Shown here: positions 37,415-46,379 of the stretch, piece after piece
Layout of the letters: the number at the start of each line of letters is the position of its first letter
Position numbering within the stretch: position 1 is the first letter of the stretch
Assembly: GCA_016184005.1 (NCBI GenBank)
Contig: JACPDL010000004.1
Coordinates: 14,107-78,106 of the forward strand
DNA from: Candidatus Aenigmatarchaeota archaeon
GTDB taxonomy: Archaea > Aenigmatarchaeota > Aenigmatarchaeia > GW2011-AR5
Length of the DNA stretch: 64,000 bases
Reading direction: 5' to 3'
Notes under the pieces: generated by a model
The model's database searches: none
What the model was told of the DNA's origin: nothing
What the model saw: the letters and a program-made list of their open reading frames with translations, nothing else
Made by a program: the position numbers and the translations under genes

Positions 37415-37645
37415 ATGACTATGAAAATAGTATTCGACAGGAACAAGTGCACAGGCGCTTACTCGTGCGTGCAGGAAGAGCCTGAGAAATGGAAGCCTGC
37501 AAGCGACGGCAAAGTGGATCTGGACGGCTCAGTCCAGAAGAAGCCAGGGATCTTCGAGTGCGCAATAACGCAGGAAGAACTGGAAAAAGCCAGGATTGCG
37601 GCCGCTGTCTGTCCTGCATCCGCCATAAAGGTTGTTGAAGAGTAA
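37415..37645 (+). CDS. single-cluster [Fe-S] ferredoxin
   Basis: 76 aa with C-x5-C ... C ... CP spacing (CTGAYSC...FECAIT...AVCPASAI). Confidence 0.55.
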   Translation: MTMKIVFDRNKCTGAYSCVQEEPEKWKPASDGKVDLDGSVQKKPGIFECAITQEELEKARIAAAVCPASAIKVVEE

Positions 37646-37697
37646 ATTTTGCCGCAATGTAACATCTGGATAAAATCTCGAGAGGCTGTGATACTTA

Positions 37698-38081
37698 ATG
37701 AAAAGGAAAAAAATCATTTATGTTGCAGGCAATCCGCTTGTGAAGGAAGACAGCATACCGCTGCGCATAATGGCGAAGCTGCAGGAAGATTTCAAGCACT
37801 TTGAATTCCGCGAGCTTGAGCCTACAGACAACCCGCCAGAAGAAAAAACGCTGCACATAATAGATACGGTAATAGGCATAGATAATGTCAGGGTGATAAA
37901 GGATATAGACAGCCTCGTTACGGGCAAGGTTTACTCCTTGCACGACTTCGATCTTGGCTTCAACCTCAAGCTTATGAAAAAAATGGGAAAGCTGAAAGGC
38001 GTGCGCATAATTGGCGTGCCTGCGCACATGAAAGAGCACCTCGCGCTGAAAGGTGTAAGAAAGGCCCTAAGAAACATGTAG
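37698..38081 (+). CDS. hycI: [NiFe]-hydrogenase maturation endopeptidase (HycI/HyaD family)
   Basis: 127 aa with a GNPLVKEDSIPLRIM N-terminus, the IDTVIG metal-ligand region and a HDFDLG motif. Confidence 0.65.
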   Translation: MKRKKIIYVAGNPLVKEDSIPLRIMAKLQEDFKHFEFRELEPTDNPPEEKTLHIIDTVIGIDNVRVIKDIDSLVTGKVYSLHDFDLGFNLKLMKKMGKLKGVRIIGVPAHMKEHLALKGVRKALRNM

Positions 38082-38099
38082 TGCCTGGATGAGGGACGT

Positions 38100-38290
38100 T
38101 GCGGCTGAATGTTTTCCGGCTGCATGCGTTTATCTTGGGAGAAGCGAAGCTTCTCCCAAGATATATGGCAGAAACTTCGTTTCTGCCTATACAGGCGGAG
38201 CTTTGCTCCGCCATGTTCCCTAAATCCTTTGGATTTCGGGAATTCCAAAAAGCTGCGCTTTTTGAGAATGTTGGTTTTCCTGTTGCCCTT
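38100..38290. repeat. cluster of short hairpin repeat modules (HPR family)
   Basis: TTGGGAGAAGCGAAGCTTCTCCCAAG, CAGAAACTTCGTTTCTG, GGCGGAGCTTTGCTCCGCC, CCGAAATCCAAAGGATTTCGG and CCAAAAAGCTGCGCTTTTTGAG; the same modules recur at about 10 other sites. Confidence 0.6.
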
Positions 38291-38295
38291 TTTCT

Positions 38296-39585
38296 CTAGA
38301 GCCACTTTACCTTCAGGAAATGGCTTGCGCAGCTCAGGCAGGGATCGTAGGCGCGCAGGAGCTTCTCTATTTCGTATTCTATCTTTTCCTTCGGCAGCTT
38401 TTCCACGCTGTCCTGCACAAGTTTCGCGATGTCTTTTTCTATGTTTATCTGGTTTTGGGCTGTGGGCACAACGACATTTGCCTTCTTTATCTTTCCCGAT
38501 TTGCCAACTGTAAGCCTGTAATATAAAGTGCCGCGGGGCGCCTCTATAACACCTACGCCCACATTTTCCTCCTTTATATCGGTCTTCTGCAGCTCTTCCT
38601 TATGGAACGACGCGGTTTCCAGAAGCTCAATGGAATGGTCTATGCTGTGAAGGATTTCTATTGCCTGCGCCACATTGTTGTGAAAGATGTTGGTTGAAGG
38701 GAATGCCTGCACGTATTCCCTGGCGCTGTCTTTTGTTTCGGGATGCAGCATGCCCTTATTGAGATTGAGGCGCGAAAGGGCGCCCACCATGAACTCCTCA
38801 CCTTCGAATTCAAAGCCAGAAGCTTGCGAATATGGTATGATAACCCTGATAAGATGATCTAAATAGTCCTTCTCTTTTATGCAGATGCCCCTGCTGCTTT
38901 TTATCTCGCCTTCAAGGAAGCTGTAATCGTTCGTTGCCAGTGCCACAAAGTCCGTCTCCCTATCGAATCTTTCATCCCATCTGAAGAACGTATCTATCAG
39001 GTCGATCGCAAGAGGCCTGACGTACCTGAGCTCTTTTATCGCCTTTTTTACGCCTTCTTCGTCAGGTGTGTGCAGAAAGCCGCCTACTGTCGGATAAGGC
39101 GCATGCACGGCTTTGCCTGCCACTAGAGTGGAAAGCGTGTTGCCTGCGCGCTTCAGGTCGAATGAGTCATGTAGCAGCTTGTGTTCCCTTTCGTTTTTTT
39201 CGTCAAAATCCAGTATGGAGTCCTTTCCTATCAGGTCTGGCAGGCTGAAAAAATAAAGATGAAGCGCGTGATCCCTTATCATAAGCCCGTACATCGCAAG
39301 CTTCTTCATTAGCAGCGCCTGCTCCGTAGGCTCTATGCCTACGGCGTTCTCGATTGCCTCGATGCAACACGTCATGTGAGCTATGCTGCACGTGCCGCAT
39401 ATGCGCGACATAAGCTGTGGAGCGGTTGTTATCGGCTGCCCTCTTACAGCCTGCTCGTAAAATCTCTGGTTCTCTGTTATCTGCAACTTTACGTATTCAA
39501 CCTTGTCGTCGCGCACGCGGACATCCAGGTTTGCATGGCCTTCCACCTTTGTCAGGTTTTCTATGTTTATGTCAAAGCTGTGCAT
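38296..39585 (-). CDS. [NiFe]-hydrogenase large (catalytic) subunit, group-3-like size
   Basis: N-terminal EGH and RICGTCSIAH motifs and C-terminal DPCLSCASHF motif for Ni-Fe ligation; 429 aa as in sulfhydrogenase alpha subunits. Confidence 0.85.
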   Translation of the reverse strand: MHSFDINIENLTKVEGHANLDVRVRDDKVEYVKLQITENQRFYEQAVRGQPITTAPQLMSRICGTCSIAHMTCCIEAIENAVGIEPTEQALLMKKLAMYGLMIRDHALHLYFFSLPDLIGKDSILDFDEKNEREHKLLHDSFDLKRAGNTLSTLVAGKAVHAPYPTVGGFLHTPDEEGVKKAIKELRYVRPLAIDLIDTFFRWDERFDRETDFVALATNDYSFLEGEIKSSRGICIKEKDYLDHLIRVIIPYSQASGFEFEGEEFMVGALSRLNLNKGMLHPETKDSAREYVQAFPSTNIFHNNVAQAIEILHSIDHSIELLETASFHKEELQKTDIKEENVGVGVIEAPRGTLYYRLTVGKSGKIKKANVVVPTAQNQINIEKDIAKLVQDSVEKLPKEKIEYEIEKLLRAYDPCLSCASHFLKVKWL

Positions 39586-41080
39586 CTATGCCTAACCCCT
39601 TTATTTGTCTGTTCATGACTGCAAGAAATCCTGTTTCCGTCATCGGGCAGCCTGGAACGATATCGTCCACTTTCACGATTTCATGAAGCGGCTTGACCTC
39701 TTTGCTGTAGCTGAAAGTGCTGACTATCGGCTCTATTTCCCTGCTCCTTCTTTCGTCAAATGTATTTCTCTGTCCCGAAGGCATGCCTGTTATGGCGCAT
39801 GCGCCGATGGCGATAAGCACCTTTGAATTTTCCCTTATCTTTCTCAGCTCTTCGGCGGCTTTCTCGTTTGATATCGCGCCCTCAACGAAAGCTATGTCCA
39901 GGTTCGTCATGTCGTTCTGTTTTCTCAGCGCTCTTGCGTAAGTTATGTCAGCCACGCTTTTTATTTTGTCGTAGTAGTCGTTGAGGATTTCGGTGAACAC
40001 TATAGTGCTGTCCTCGCAGCAACTGAAGGAGAACCACCCGATGCGAAGCTTCCTTTTCGGCGCAGCCGGTTCTGCGATCCTTCTGGCTGTTGTGACTGCG
40101 GCCTGAACCGGTGTTGACGACGACGCTTGCGCTGTCTGCTGCGCTGATGTCCCGTGCACATAATCGAAGTAAAGTTCCCGTGAGCGCAGGTATTTGATGA
40201 CATTCACGGCGGCGTTGCAGCCGTCGCCGACGTTTTTTGCTATCTGCCTGCAGCGGCCCGCGCAGTTGCCAGCCGCGAAAGCGCCCTCCATGCTCGTCAT
40301 GTTATTTTCGTCCACAACAAGCACGTTGTCCCTTATTTCCAGTCCGAGATCTGTGGCAAAATCCAGTGCGCCGGCTGTGCCGCATGCCATGAAAACGCCG
40401 TCAAATTTCAGCTTCGTTCCGTCTTCCAGAACAACGCCTTCAAACCATTTTCCGCCAGTGAATTCCTTTACATTCGACACGAGCGTCTCTATCCGCCATT
40501 TTTTAATTTCCCTGCCGTAATTTTCGGAGAAATCGAATTTCGTGGCATTCGATATTATTGTTATGTCTTTCGTATAGGAAAGCGCCTCTACGGCGTCCTC
40601 TGCCGCATGATTGCCGCTGCCTATTATGGCAAGCTTCTTGTTCTTGTACAGGGGGCCGTCGCATGACACGCAGTAATGCACGCCCTTGCCTGTCAGCTCC
40701 TGCTCGTTTTTGATACCCGAAAGCCTTATCGGCACGCCCGTAGCTATTATCATGGCCCTGCTTTTCAGGTTTTCTCCTTTGCTTGTCTTTATCGAGAAGA
40801 ATTTTTTGCCGCTTTCTTCGCAAGCAGTAGCAGCGACAACCTCATCTTTGAGGAACTTGACATCGAATTTTTGCGCCTGCCTTATTCCTTTGTTCAAAAG
40901 CATGGAGCCGTCTACGCCTTCCGGAAAACCAAAATAATTTTCTATGTGCATTGCCAGCTGCGCCTGGCTCTTCTCAACCATTCCTATTATCAGCGTTTTC
41001 AGTTCAGCGCGGCCGCAGAAAATAGCTGCCGACAGGCCCGCAGGGCCGCAGCCAACTATTATGACGTCGCATTCCTCCAC
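39572..41080 (-). CDS. fusion protein: thioredoxin-reductase-like flavoprotein (CVSC redox-active disulfide, no NADPH-binding Arg pair) plus [NiFe]-hydrogenase small subunit proximal-cluster domain
   Basis: Residues 1-300 resemble TrxR: IVGCGPAGLSAA FAD site, CVSCDG, second GSGNHAAEDA dinucleotide fold; the HRR NADPH motif is replaced by ISNATKF. A Q/A/S/T-rich linker follows. Residues about 340-502: GWFSFSCCEDS...DIAFVEGAIS...AIGACAITGMPS...VPGCPM match the small-subunit four-Cys proximal FeS site. Confidence 0.75.
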   Translation of the reverse strand: MEECDVIIVGCGPAGLSAAIFCGRAELKTLIIGMVEKSQAQLAMHIENYFGFPEGVDGSMLLNKGIRQAQKFDVKFLKDEVVAATACEESGKKFFSIKTSKGENLKSRAMIIATGVPIRLSGIKNEQELTGKGVHYCVSCDGPLYKNKKLAIIGSGNHAAEDAVEALSYTKDITIISNATKFDFSENYGREIKKWRIETLVSNVKEFTGGKWFEGVVLEDGTKLKFDGVFMACGTAGALDFATDLGLEIRDNVLVVDENNMTSMEGAFAAGNCAGRCRQIAKNVGDGCNAAVNVIKYLRSRELYFDYVHGTSAQQTAQASSSTPVQAAVTTARRIAEPAAPKRKLRIGWFSFSCCEDSTIVFTEILNDYYDKIKSVADITYARALRKQNDMTNLDIAFVEGAISNEKAAEELRKIRENSKVLIAIGACAITGMPSGQRNTFDERRSREIEPIVSTFSYSKEVKPLHEIVKVDDIVPGCPMTETGFLAVMNRQIKGLGIDAQL

Positions 41081-41997
41081 TAGATTCCCCTCTGCTCACT
41101 TTTTATTCCTGCAGCAAGATAGGCGCCTATCAGTATAACGGCGGAGCCCGCAAGCTGCACGGGCGGTGTAGGTTCACCCAGGAATGCCGCGCCTATGGCG
41201 AGCGAAACAACAGGAGCCAGCAGAAGCAGGACCGCCGCCTTTGACACGTTGATGAGCTTCAGCGAGCAGTAGTAGAAAAGGACGTAGCTGAACAGCAGAA
41301 GCGTGGACATGCCTATGTTGAGGATCTGCGCGTTTGTCAGTGCGAGCAGTGTGTCCGTCTTATTCATCAGCAGGGCGGCGCCGAATAAAATAAGCCCGCC
41401 GAAAAACATCCTTGCGAATGACACTATGAAATTTGTTTCACCCTTTACCATGGCTTTTTTCGCTATGACATTTTCAGCTGCCCAGAGTAATGTGGCTAAA
41501 ATAACGAGCATGTCTCCAAGTTGGGGGTTTAACCACAGTTCAGAAGGAACTATCGATGAGAAGTATATCGCAACGGTGCCTGCAAACATAAGCGACGTTG
41601 CGGCAAGATATTTTTTTGTTATCCGCTCCCTGAGGAAGAAGAATGCAAGCAAGGCGGTGTAGAGTGGCAGCGTTTTGTGGAGGAACGCCGCATGGCCAGC
41701 CGTGGTCAGCTTAAGCCCTGTAAAGTACAGGAAAAATGCAGCGGAGCCGCCAATGACTGCTATGGCTGCCAGGTATTTCCAGGAAACGGAAATGAATCTT
41801 TGCCTTTTCTTCGCTTTTGATTTGAACAGCCACCACGAAAGAAGAAGGAAAACCGTGCCGATAATTACGGAGCGCACGGCAGTGAAAACCAGCGGCTCGA
41901 TGTTTACTATGAAAATCTTGTTGGCAGGTATGGCTATGCCGCTGACAAAAGCTGCAATAGCCGCCAGTAGCGTTCCAAGCGTCTCTTTTTTCATCAC
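41080..41997 (-). CDS. EamA/DMT-superfamily transporter located inside the hydrogenase operon
   Basis: 305 aa, 10 TM helices, duplicated EamA domains. Confidence 0.65.
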   Translation of the reverse strand: MMKKETLGTLLAAIAAFVSGIAIPANKIFIVNIEPLVFTAVRSVIIGTVFLLLSWWLFKSKAKKRQRFISVSWKYLAAIAVIGGSAAFFLYFTGLKLTTAGHAAFLHKTLPLYTALLAFFFLRERITKKYLAATSLMFAGTVAIYFSSIVPSELWLNPQLGDMLVILATLLWAAENVIAKKAMVKGETNFIVSFARMFFGGLILFGAALLMNKTDTLLALTNAQILNIGMSTLLLFSYVLFYYCSLKLINVSKAAVLLLLAPVVSLAIGAAFLGEPTPPVQLAGSAVILIGAYLAAGIKSEQRGI

Positions 41998-42515
41998 AAT
42001 ACCTGCAGCTGTTTTTTCTGTTTTTTCATTTTTTCCGTTGTTGCCCTGTCTATTTTCTCCACGATAAAATCCCAGTGCGTAACAACCAGGTCGCCTTCTT
42101 TCACGTCACAGTAATCTGCCTTGTACCTGCTCCTGCCAAGAGAATTTTCAACGACAGCGAAGCCGTTACCCATCTTACGAACTACTCCGGGTCTTATGCG
42201 GCACGCCTGTGGATCGAAGTCGCCCATCTCGCCATACCTTTTGCTGACGGCCGTATCGTGACCGAACAGGAAATATTGGTGTACGATGTCCGCATCTATT
42301 TCTTTTTTTCCGCTGTCCTTGGCTATCAGGGAGCAGGCGGCAAAGGCGACCTTGAAAATTCTCTCCGCATCTTTGGGTATCGGCCTGTTGTTTTTTACAG
42401 CGGCTATTAGCATGTCGACGTACTCCTGCCTTGCGCTGCCGCGCTGCACAAGCGTGCCTGCACACGGCACTGCATATTTCATGAAGAGCATGCGGCTTTT
42501 TTCCTCTATTTCCAT
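41994..42515 (-). CDS. protein with C-terminal HypC-like domain and about 100-aa N-terminal extension
   Basis: The C-terminal 60 aa (ACRIRPGVVRKMGNGFAVVENSLGRSRYKADYCDVKEGDLVVTHWDFIVEKI) align with HypC, but the conserved Cys is internal rather than at position 2. Confidence 0.4.
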   Translation of the reverse strand: MEIEEKSRMLFMKYAVPCAGTLVQRGSARQEYVDMLIAAVKNNRPIPKDAERIFKVAFAACSLIAKDSGKKEIDADIVHQYFLFGHDTAVSKRYGEMGDFDPQACRIRPGVVRKMGNGFAVVENSLGRSRYKADYCDVKEGDLVVTHWDFIVEKIDRATTEKMKKQKKQLQVL

Positions 42516-42524
42516 TGACACTAC

Positions 42525-42686
42525 CTATTCTGCCTTCTCCACGGCCATTCCTGCGGCGCAGTATACATAATCGCCTGTCTTTGCGTCGACAAGGTCTATC
42601 CGCACCTCGGAAAGCTTGCCGTTTATGTCAACAACGGCCGTGTTGCCTTTTATTTCCAATACCTTTCCAACAGAGGTGACGCACAC
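42525..42686 (-). CDS. hypC: hydrogenase assembly chaperone HypC (GTG start, 53 aa, below ORF-track cutoff)
   Basis: Reverse translation gives (M)CVTSVGKVLEIKGNTAVVDINGKLSEVRIDLVDAKTGDYVYCAAGMAVEKAE with Cys at position 2 and a HypC beta-barrel pattern. Confidence 0.55.
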   Translation of the reverse strand: MCVTSVGKVLEIKGNTAVVDINGKLSEVRIDLVDAKTGDYVYCAAGMAVEKAE

Positions 42687-42719
42687 AAATATATTTTCCT
42701 GTTTTGTATTTATAACATG

Positions 42720-44048
42720 TTACCAGAGCAGCCCTATGAATGCGAGGAGCAGAAGGCCGATGAAGGCTATCACTATTCCGGCTTTTGCTATGTCCTTCAT
42801 GTTTACGAATTTTGTTCCGTATGCAATAGCCGTTGGGGGCGTGCCGAAGGGGAACATGAAATCGAGGGAAACGCCCATGGCTGCAACAACGACTATGTTT
42901 GTTGTATCTGCTCCTAATGTGGATGCGAGGGCGACGATGATAGGCAAGTAAACAGCTGCTGCTGTCGTATTGCTTACGACGACCGTCATAAGGATGCCAA
43001 AGAACCCAAGAAACAACAGGAGCGCAAGGATGCTCTGGCCACTGACAACATTTGAAAGAATAGAAGCGAAGGAGCTGTCTAGAGCCGATTGATGTATTCC
43101 AAAACCGAGCGCAAGCCCCCCGCCTACAAGGAGCAGCGTTGGCCAGTCAATTCTTGTAAAGTCCTCTGCCTCAAGAAGCCCCGCAAAATAGAATAGAATT
43201 ATTGGAACAATGGCAACAACGCTGCTGGATATGCCGTGCAAAGGCTCAGAAAGCCACAAGATGATTGTAAGCAGAAATATCACCAGTACTTTTTTTTGGT
43301 TTCTGTTTATTTGTGGCGCCTTCTCCAGGGTTGAAATGTTTCTTTTTTCGGGTTTGTACAGCAGAACAAGTATAGCCCAGCAGAATACCAGCAAAATTAA
43401 CATGAATGGGAAGCCTCGGTAGAACCATTCAAAAAAGCCGAAGGAAGTTCCAGAATCCTGTAGGAATTTTGCTGCTATGACATTCGGCGTGCTTCCGACT
43501 ATAGTTCCCAAGCCGCCTATTGTTGCGCCGTAAGCAACAGCAAGGACGGATGCTTTTCCAAAATTTGATTTTCCGGCTTTCATTCTGTTTTTTGCAAGTA
43601 TCACAAGTGCTATTGGCATGATTATTGCTGCAGCTGCAGAATTGCTTATCCACATTGATATGAAAGCGGTTGTAAACAGGAGCGCAAAAACAACGTTTTT
43701 CGTGCTTCTGCCGGCTGTTTTTATGATCTTATACGCTATGTACTCGTCCAAGCCGTATTTTCTCATTGCCATGGCGATCACGAATCCGCCAAGTAAAAGC
43801 ACTATAACCGGATCGAAGTATTGGGAGAAAACTTCTTTGGAGTCAATGTCTGCCACTGTTGTCAGAAGGAACGCAACAAAAAGTGCCGTTACATGGAGAG
43901 GAATAGCCTCTGTTATCCACAAACAAACAGCAAGTGCCATGACAGCGAGCATGACTTGTTGGTTGCCTGGCAGCCCAAAAGGGAGCACATAAACCAAAAA
44001 GGCCGCGACAAATGACAAAGTTATGAATTTTGCGCGCACGTTCTTCAT
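42720..44048 (-). CDS. ArsB/NhaD-superfamily (SLC13/DASS-like) anion permease
   Basis: 442 aa, more than 12 TM helices, internal duplication typical of the ArsB/CitT/NhaD fold. Confidence 0.65.
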   Translation of the reverse strand: MKNVRAKFITLSFVAAFLVYVLPFGLPGNQQVMLAVMALAVCLWITEAIPLHVTALFVAFLLTTVADIDSKEVFSQYFDPVIVLLLGGFVIAMAMRKYGLDEYIAYKIIKTAGRSTKNVVFALLFTTAFISMWISNSAAAAIIMPIALVILAKNRMKAGKSNFGKASVLAVAYGATIGGLGTIVGSTPNVIAAKFLQDSGTSFGFFEWFYRGFPFMLILLVFCWAILVLLYKPEKRNISTLEKAPQINRNQKKVLVIFLLTIILWLSEPLHGISSSVVAIVPIILFYFAGLLEAEDFTRIDWPTLLLVGGGLALGFGIHQSALDSSFASILSNVVSGQSILALLLFLGFFGILMTVVVSNTTAAAVYLPIIVALASTLGADTTNIVVVAAMGVSLDFMFPFGTPPTAIAYGTKFVNMKDIAKAGIVIAFIGLLLLAFIGLLW

Positions 44049-44097
44049 TAGATAAAACTTTATCTCGCGGCTATATATTCATTATCAGAATGCCAGA

Positions 44098-44222
44098 AAA
44101 ATCATATCGTTCTTGATATAACCCACAACTAAAGTTGTGGGTTTGTTGAACGATGTGATCCCAACATTGTTTATGTAGTATCTACCGACTAAAGTCGGTA
44201 GTTTTAAACAATGTTGAGGATG
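44098..44222. repeat. compound stem-loop element (CSL family), near-identical to 36555-36676
   Basis: About 120 nt nearly identical to the osmC-upstream copy; ends AAACAATGTTGAGGATGAGC. Confidence 0.6.
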
Positions 44223-44271
44223 AGCATAAAGGTGGCCTGCCATCAAGGATGCGGAGAAGGAAGGCGGCTGC

Positions 44272-44691
44272 TCACTTGATTTTGCCCTGCTTGTAATAAT
44301 ACGTGACCAGTCCTGCGCCCAGAGTCACGGCCATCACAATTGCGCTGCCGTATAGAAATTTGTCGATGTGCTGCCATGGCCATGTTTCCGGCGGGTACGG
44401 GAAGAAGAACACCCGGAATACAAATGCTTTCAGGCCATGTATGATGACTGAAAACAGAATGCCTGTGAAAAATATGTGCTTTGGCCCGAATTTGTGCTTC
44501 CAGACCAGCGTAAAGGCAGCTGCCGCGACAAAAATTTCCCATAGCCACTGTGTTATTCTTGCCACAAGAGGGTCATATCCCATCTGGGCGATCATGCCTT
44601 CGTACTGGAAAATAACAACGATAACGGACGCAATGACATACCACTTGACCGGCCAGAGGTATTCATAAAGCGATTTGCCGAAGACTTTCAT
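44272..44691 (-). CDS. hypothetical membrane protein
   Basis: 139 aa with four hydrophobic helices. Confidence 0.45.
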   Translation of the reverse strand: MKVFGKSLYEYLWPVKWYVIASVIVVIFQYEGMIAQMGYDPLVARITQWLWEIFVAAAAFTLVWKHKFGPKHIFFTGILFSVIIHGLKAFVFRVFFFPYPPETWPWQHIDKFLYGSAIVMAVTLGAGLVTYYYKQGKIK

Positions 44692-45204
44692 AAGGATACT
44701 TGATGCAGGAAATTTAAATATAGCCCGGCCAGATAAGGTGGGAAAAAGAAGCGGTGACCTGCCATAGCCCGTCTTCTGTAAGCCCTCTTTTGCTTCCTGA
44801 GAAGTTTTCTTTTCCCAGGGGTTTTCTTTTGCAAAAAGAAAAGGCCTTGCAACATTTGTCTGTGCGTTTGAAACTTACACCCGCGTGTAGCAGGCCGTTT
44901 CAACTGGTCGCATGTTTTACCACGCACGGCATATCACAGCGTTTGCTCTATGCCCCAGTATCGTTTCTGTTCCTGCCAATGACTTCTCAGCCATGCAATT
45001 TGCTTGCCACGCCTTTTCACAAGGGGCAATGACACAGCGAAGCCGCGTCAGTCCTTCTCATGAGAGTGGACAGAGCTTCCTCAATCAGAACCTATGGTTC
45101 CGATACCTCCCTTTAGGAAGGATTTCAGATAAAGTTCCGACCGGTGGTTGCTTGACAGGTCACCGAGGATATAATGCTAGAGAGGGTTAATAAAGATTTG
45201 GGAT

Positions 45205-45507
45205 TTATCGACTTTGTCCTGTAAGCCAATATCGAAGGGCTTTTGATCGGGTCTGAAATGGACCTTTAAGATCGAAACCAAATTGTCTCAAATCCGTTCT
45301 AATGCGCGCGAACATAGGACTGAATATATCAATATCCCTTGTAGCTGCATATTTCCTGTTATCCGATGAAGGGACTAATCGATCAATTGTAACATCATAC
45401 TCTTCTAGAAGATTACGAATTTGAATAGCAACACCACCATCCAAAAGCGGATCTCGAGAGCTTTCATCTCGCACAAGCACGTAATAAGACATAGGTTCTC
45501 GTATCAA
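45205..45507 (-). CDS. hypothetical protein
   Basis: 100-aa ORF in a low-density region; no family recognised. Confidence 0.3.
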   Translation of the reverse strand: MIREPMSYYVLVRDESSRDPLLDGGVAIQIRNLLEEYDVTIDRLVPSSDNRKYAATRDIDIFSPMFARIRTDLRQFGFDLKGPFQTRSKALRYWLTGQSR

Positions 45508-45712
45508 AATAAAATATTAAAAGCCGCCCCAAAAGGGGGTTTTGGGGCGAAAATGGCAAAGAAATCCATATTGTGTTGAATGCAATGCATTCGCACAATC
45601 TGGCAATCTTCTTTGGTTGCGCCAACATTTAAGGCTAACCGTTTTAAATACATTTGTAGGTTAAAATAATAGAAATAGCCCGCCAGTAAGCCGGTCAAAT
45701 GTATCTAGACAT

Positions 45713-45859
45713 CTAAAGTCTAAATTCTTTGCCGCAAAATCCGCAAAAAACAACACCGCGGGCTTTGACTACCTGTCCTCTGAAGCCGTCGCCACAGTAA
45801 TGTATCTTCTTTGCAGATGGCAAACCATATTTGTTTGTCTTGCTTGTCTTCTTTTTCAT
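45713..45859 (-). CDS. small zinc-ribbon protein, ribosomal S27ae-like (48 aa, below ORF-track cutoff)
   Basis: MKKKTSKTNKYGLPSAKKIHYCGDGFRGQVVKARGVVFCGFCGKEFRL has a basic N-terminus and a C-x-x...C-x-x-C ribbon. Confidence 0.35.
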   Translation of the reverse strand: MKKKTSKTNKYGLPSAKKIHYCGDGFRGQVVKARGVVFCGFCGKEFRL

Positions 45860-46058
45860 CATACCACACCACCAAATGACCAGCTAGTAAATTCTCAAAA
45901 AGCGAAGCTTTTTGGAATCTCGGAAAGCTATGCTTTCCCGAGATAGCTTAATCTAATATCCATTTTAGGATTCCCACAGAAATCCCACACCCTTAACACC
46001 GTTATTATGGTTTTGCGGGTTTATATTGATTTCTCTGATCAAGAGGCTAGATGTTAAC

Positions 46059-46244
46059 CTACGTCAAATGCCTCTTCTCTTGCCTTTTGACATGAAGCGC
46101 ATAACCACTACTTGGCTTGAATTCGACTATTGCGCCTTCTTTGTAACAGGCAACATCTCCTGCTCTCAGCCTGTAATACCTGCCGTCAGAAGCTGCAACT
46201 GTGCCATCTCGCGTAACTTTGCCTGTAAGATTGTGTTTTATCAT
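46059..46244 (-). CDS. hypothetical small beta-rich protein
   Basis: 61-aa ORF; no family recognised. Confidence 0.25.
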   Translation of the reverse strand: MIKHNLTGKVTRDGTVAASDGRYYRLRAGDVACYKEGAIVEFKPSSGYALHVKRQEKRHLT

Positions 46245-46379
46245 AGGGATTACACTTTGGACACTATTAAACTACTACAATGTGATGCCTCACCACCCTA
46301 AAGGGTGGTGCGTCCGCTTTCGTTTCGCATACCGTCCATCTACACCTTGAAGGGTGAGCGTTGCGAAACGAAAGTAAAC

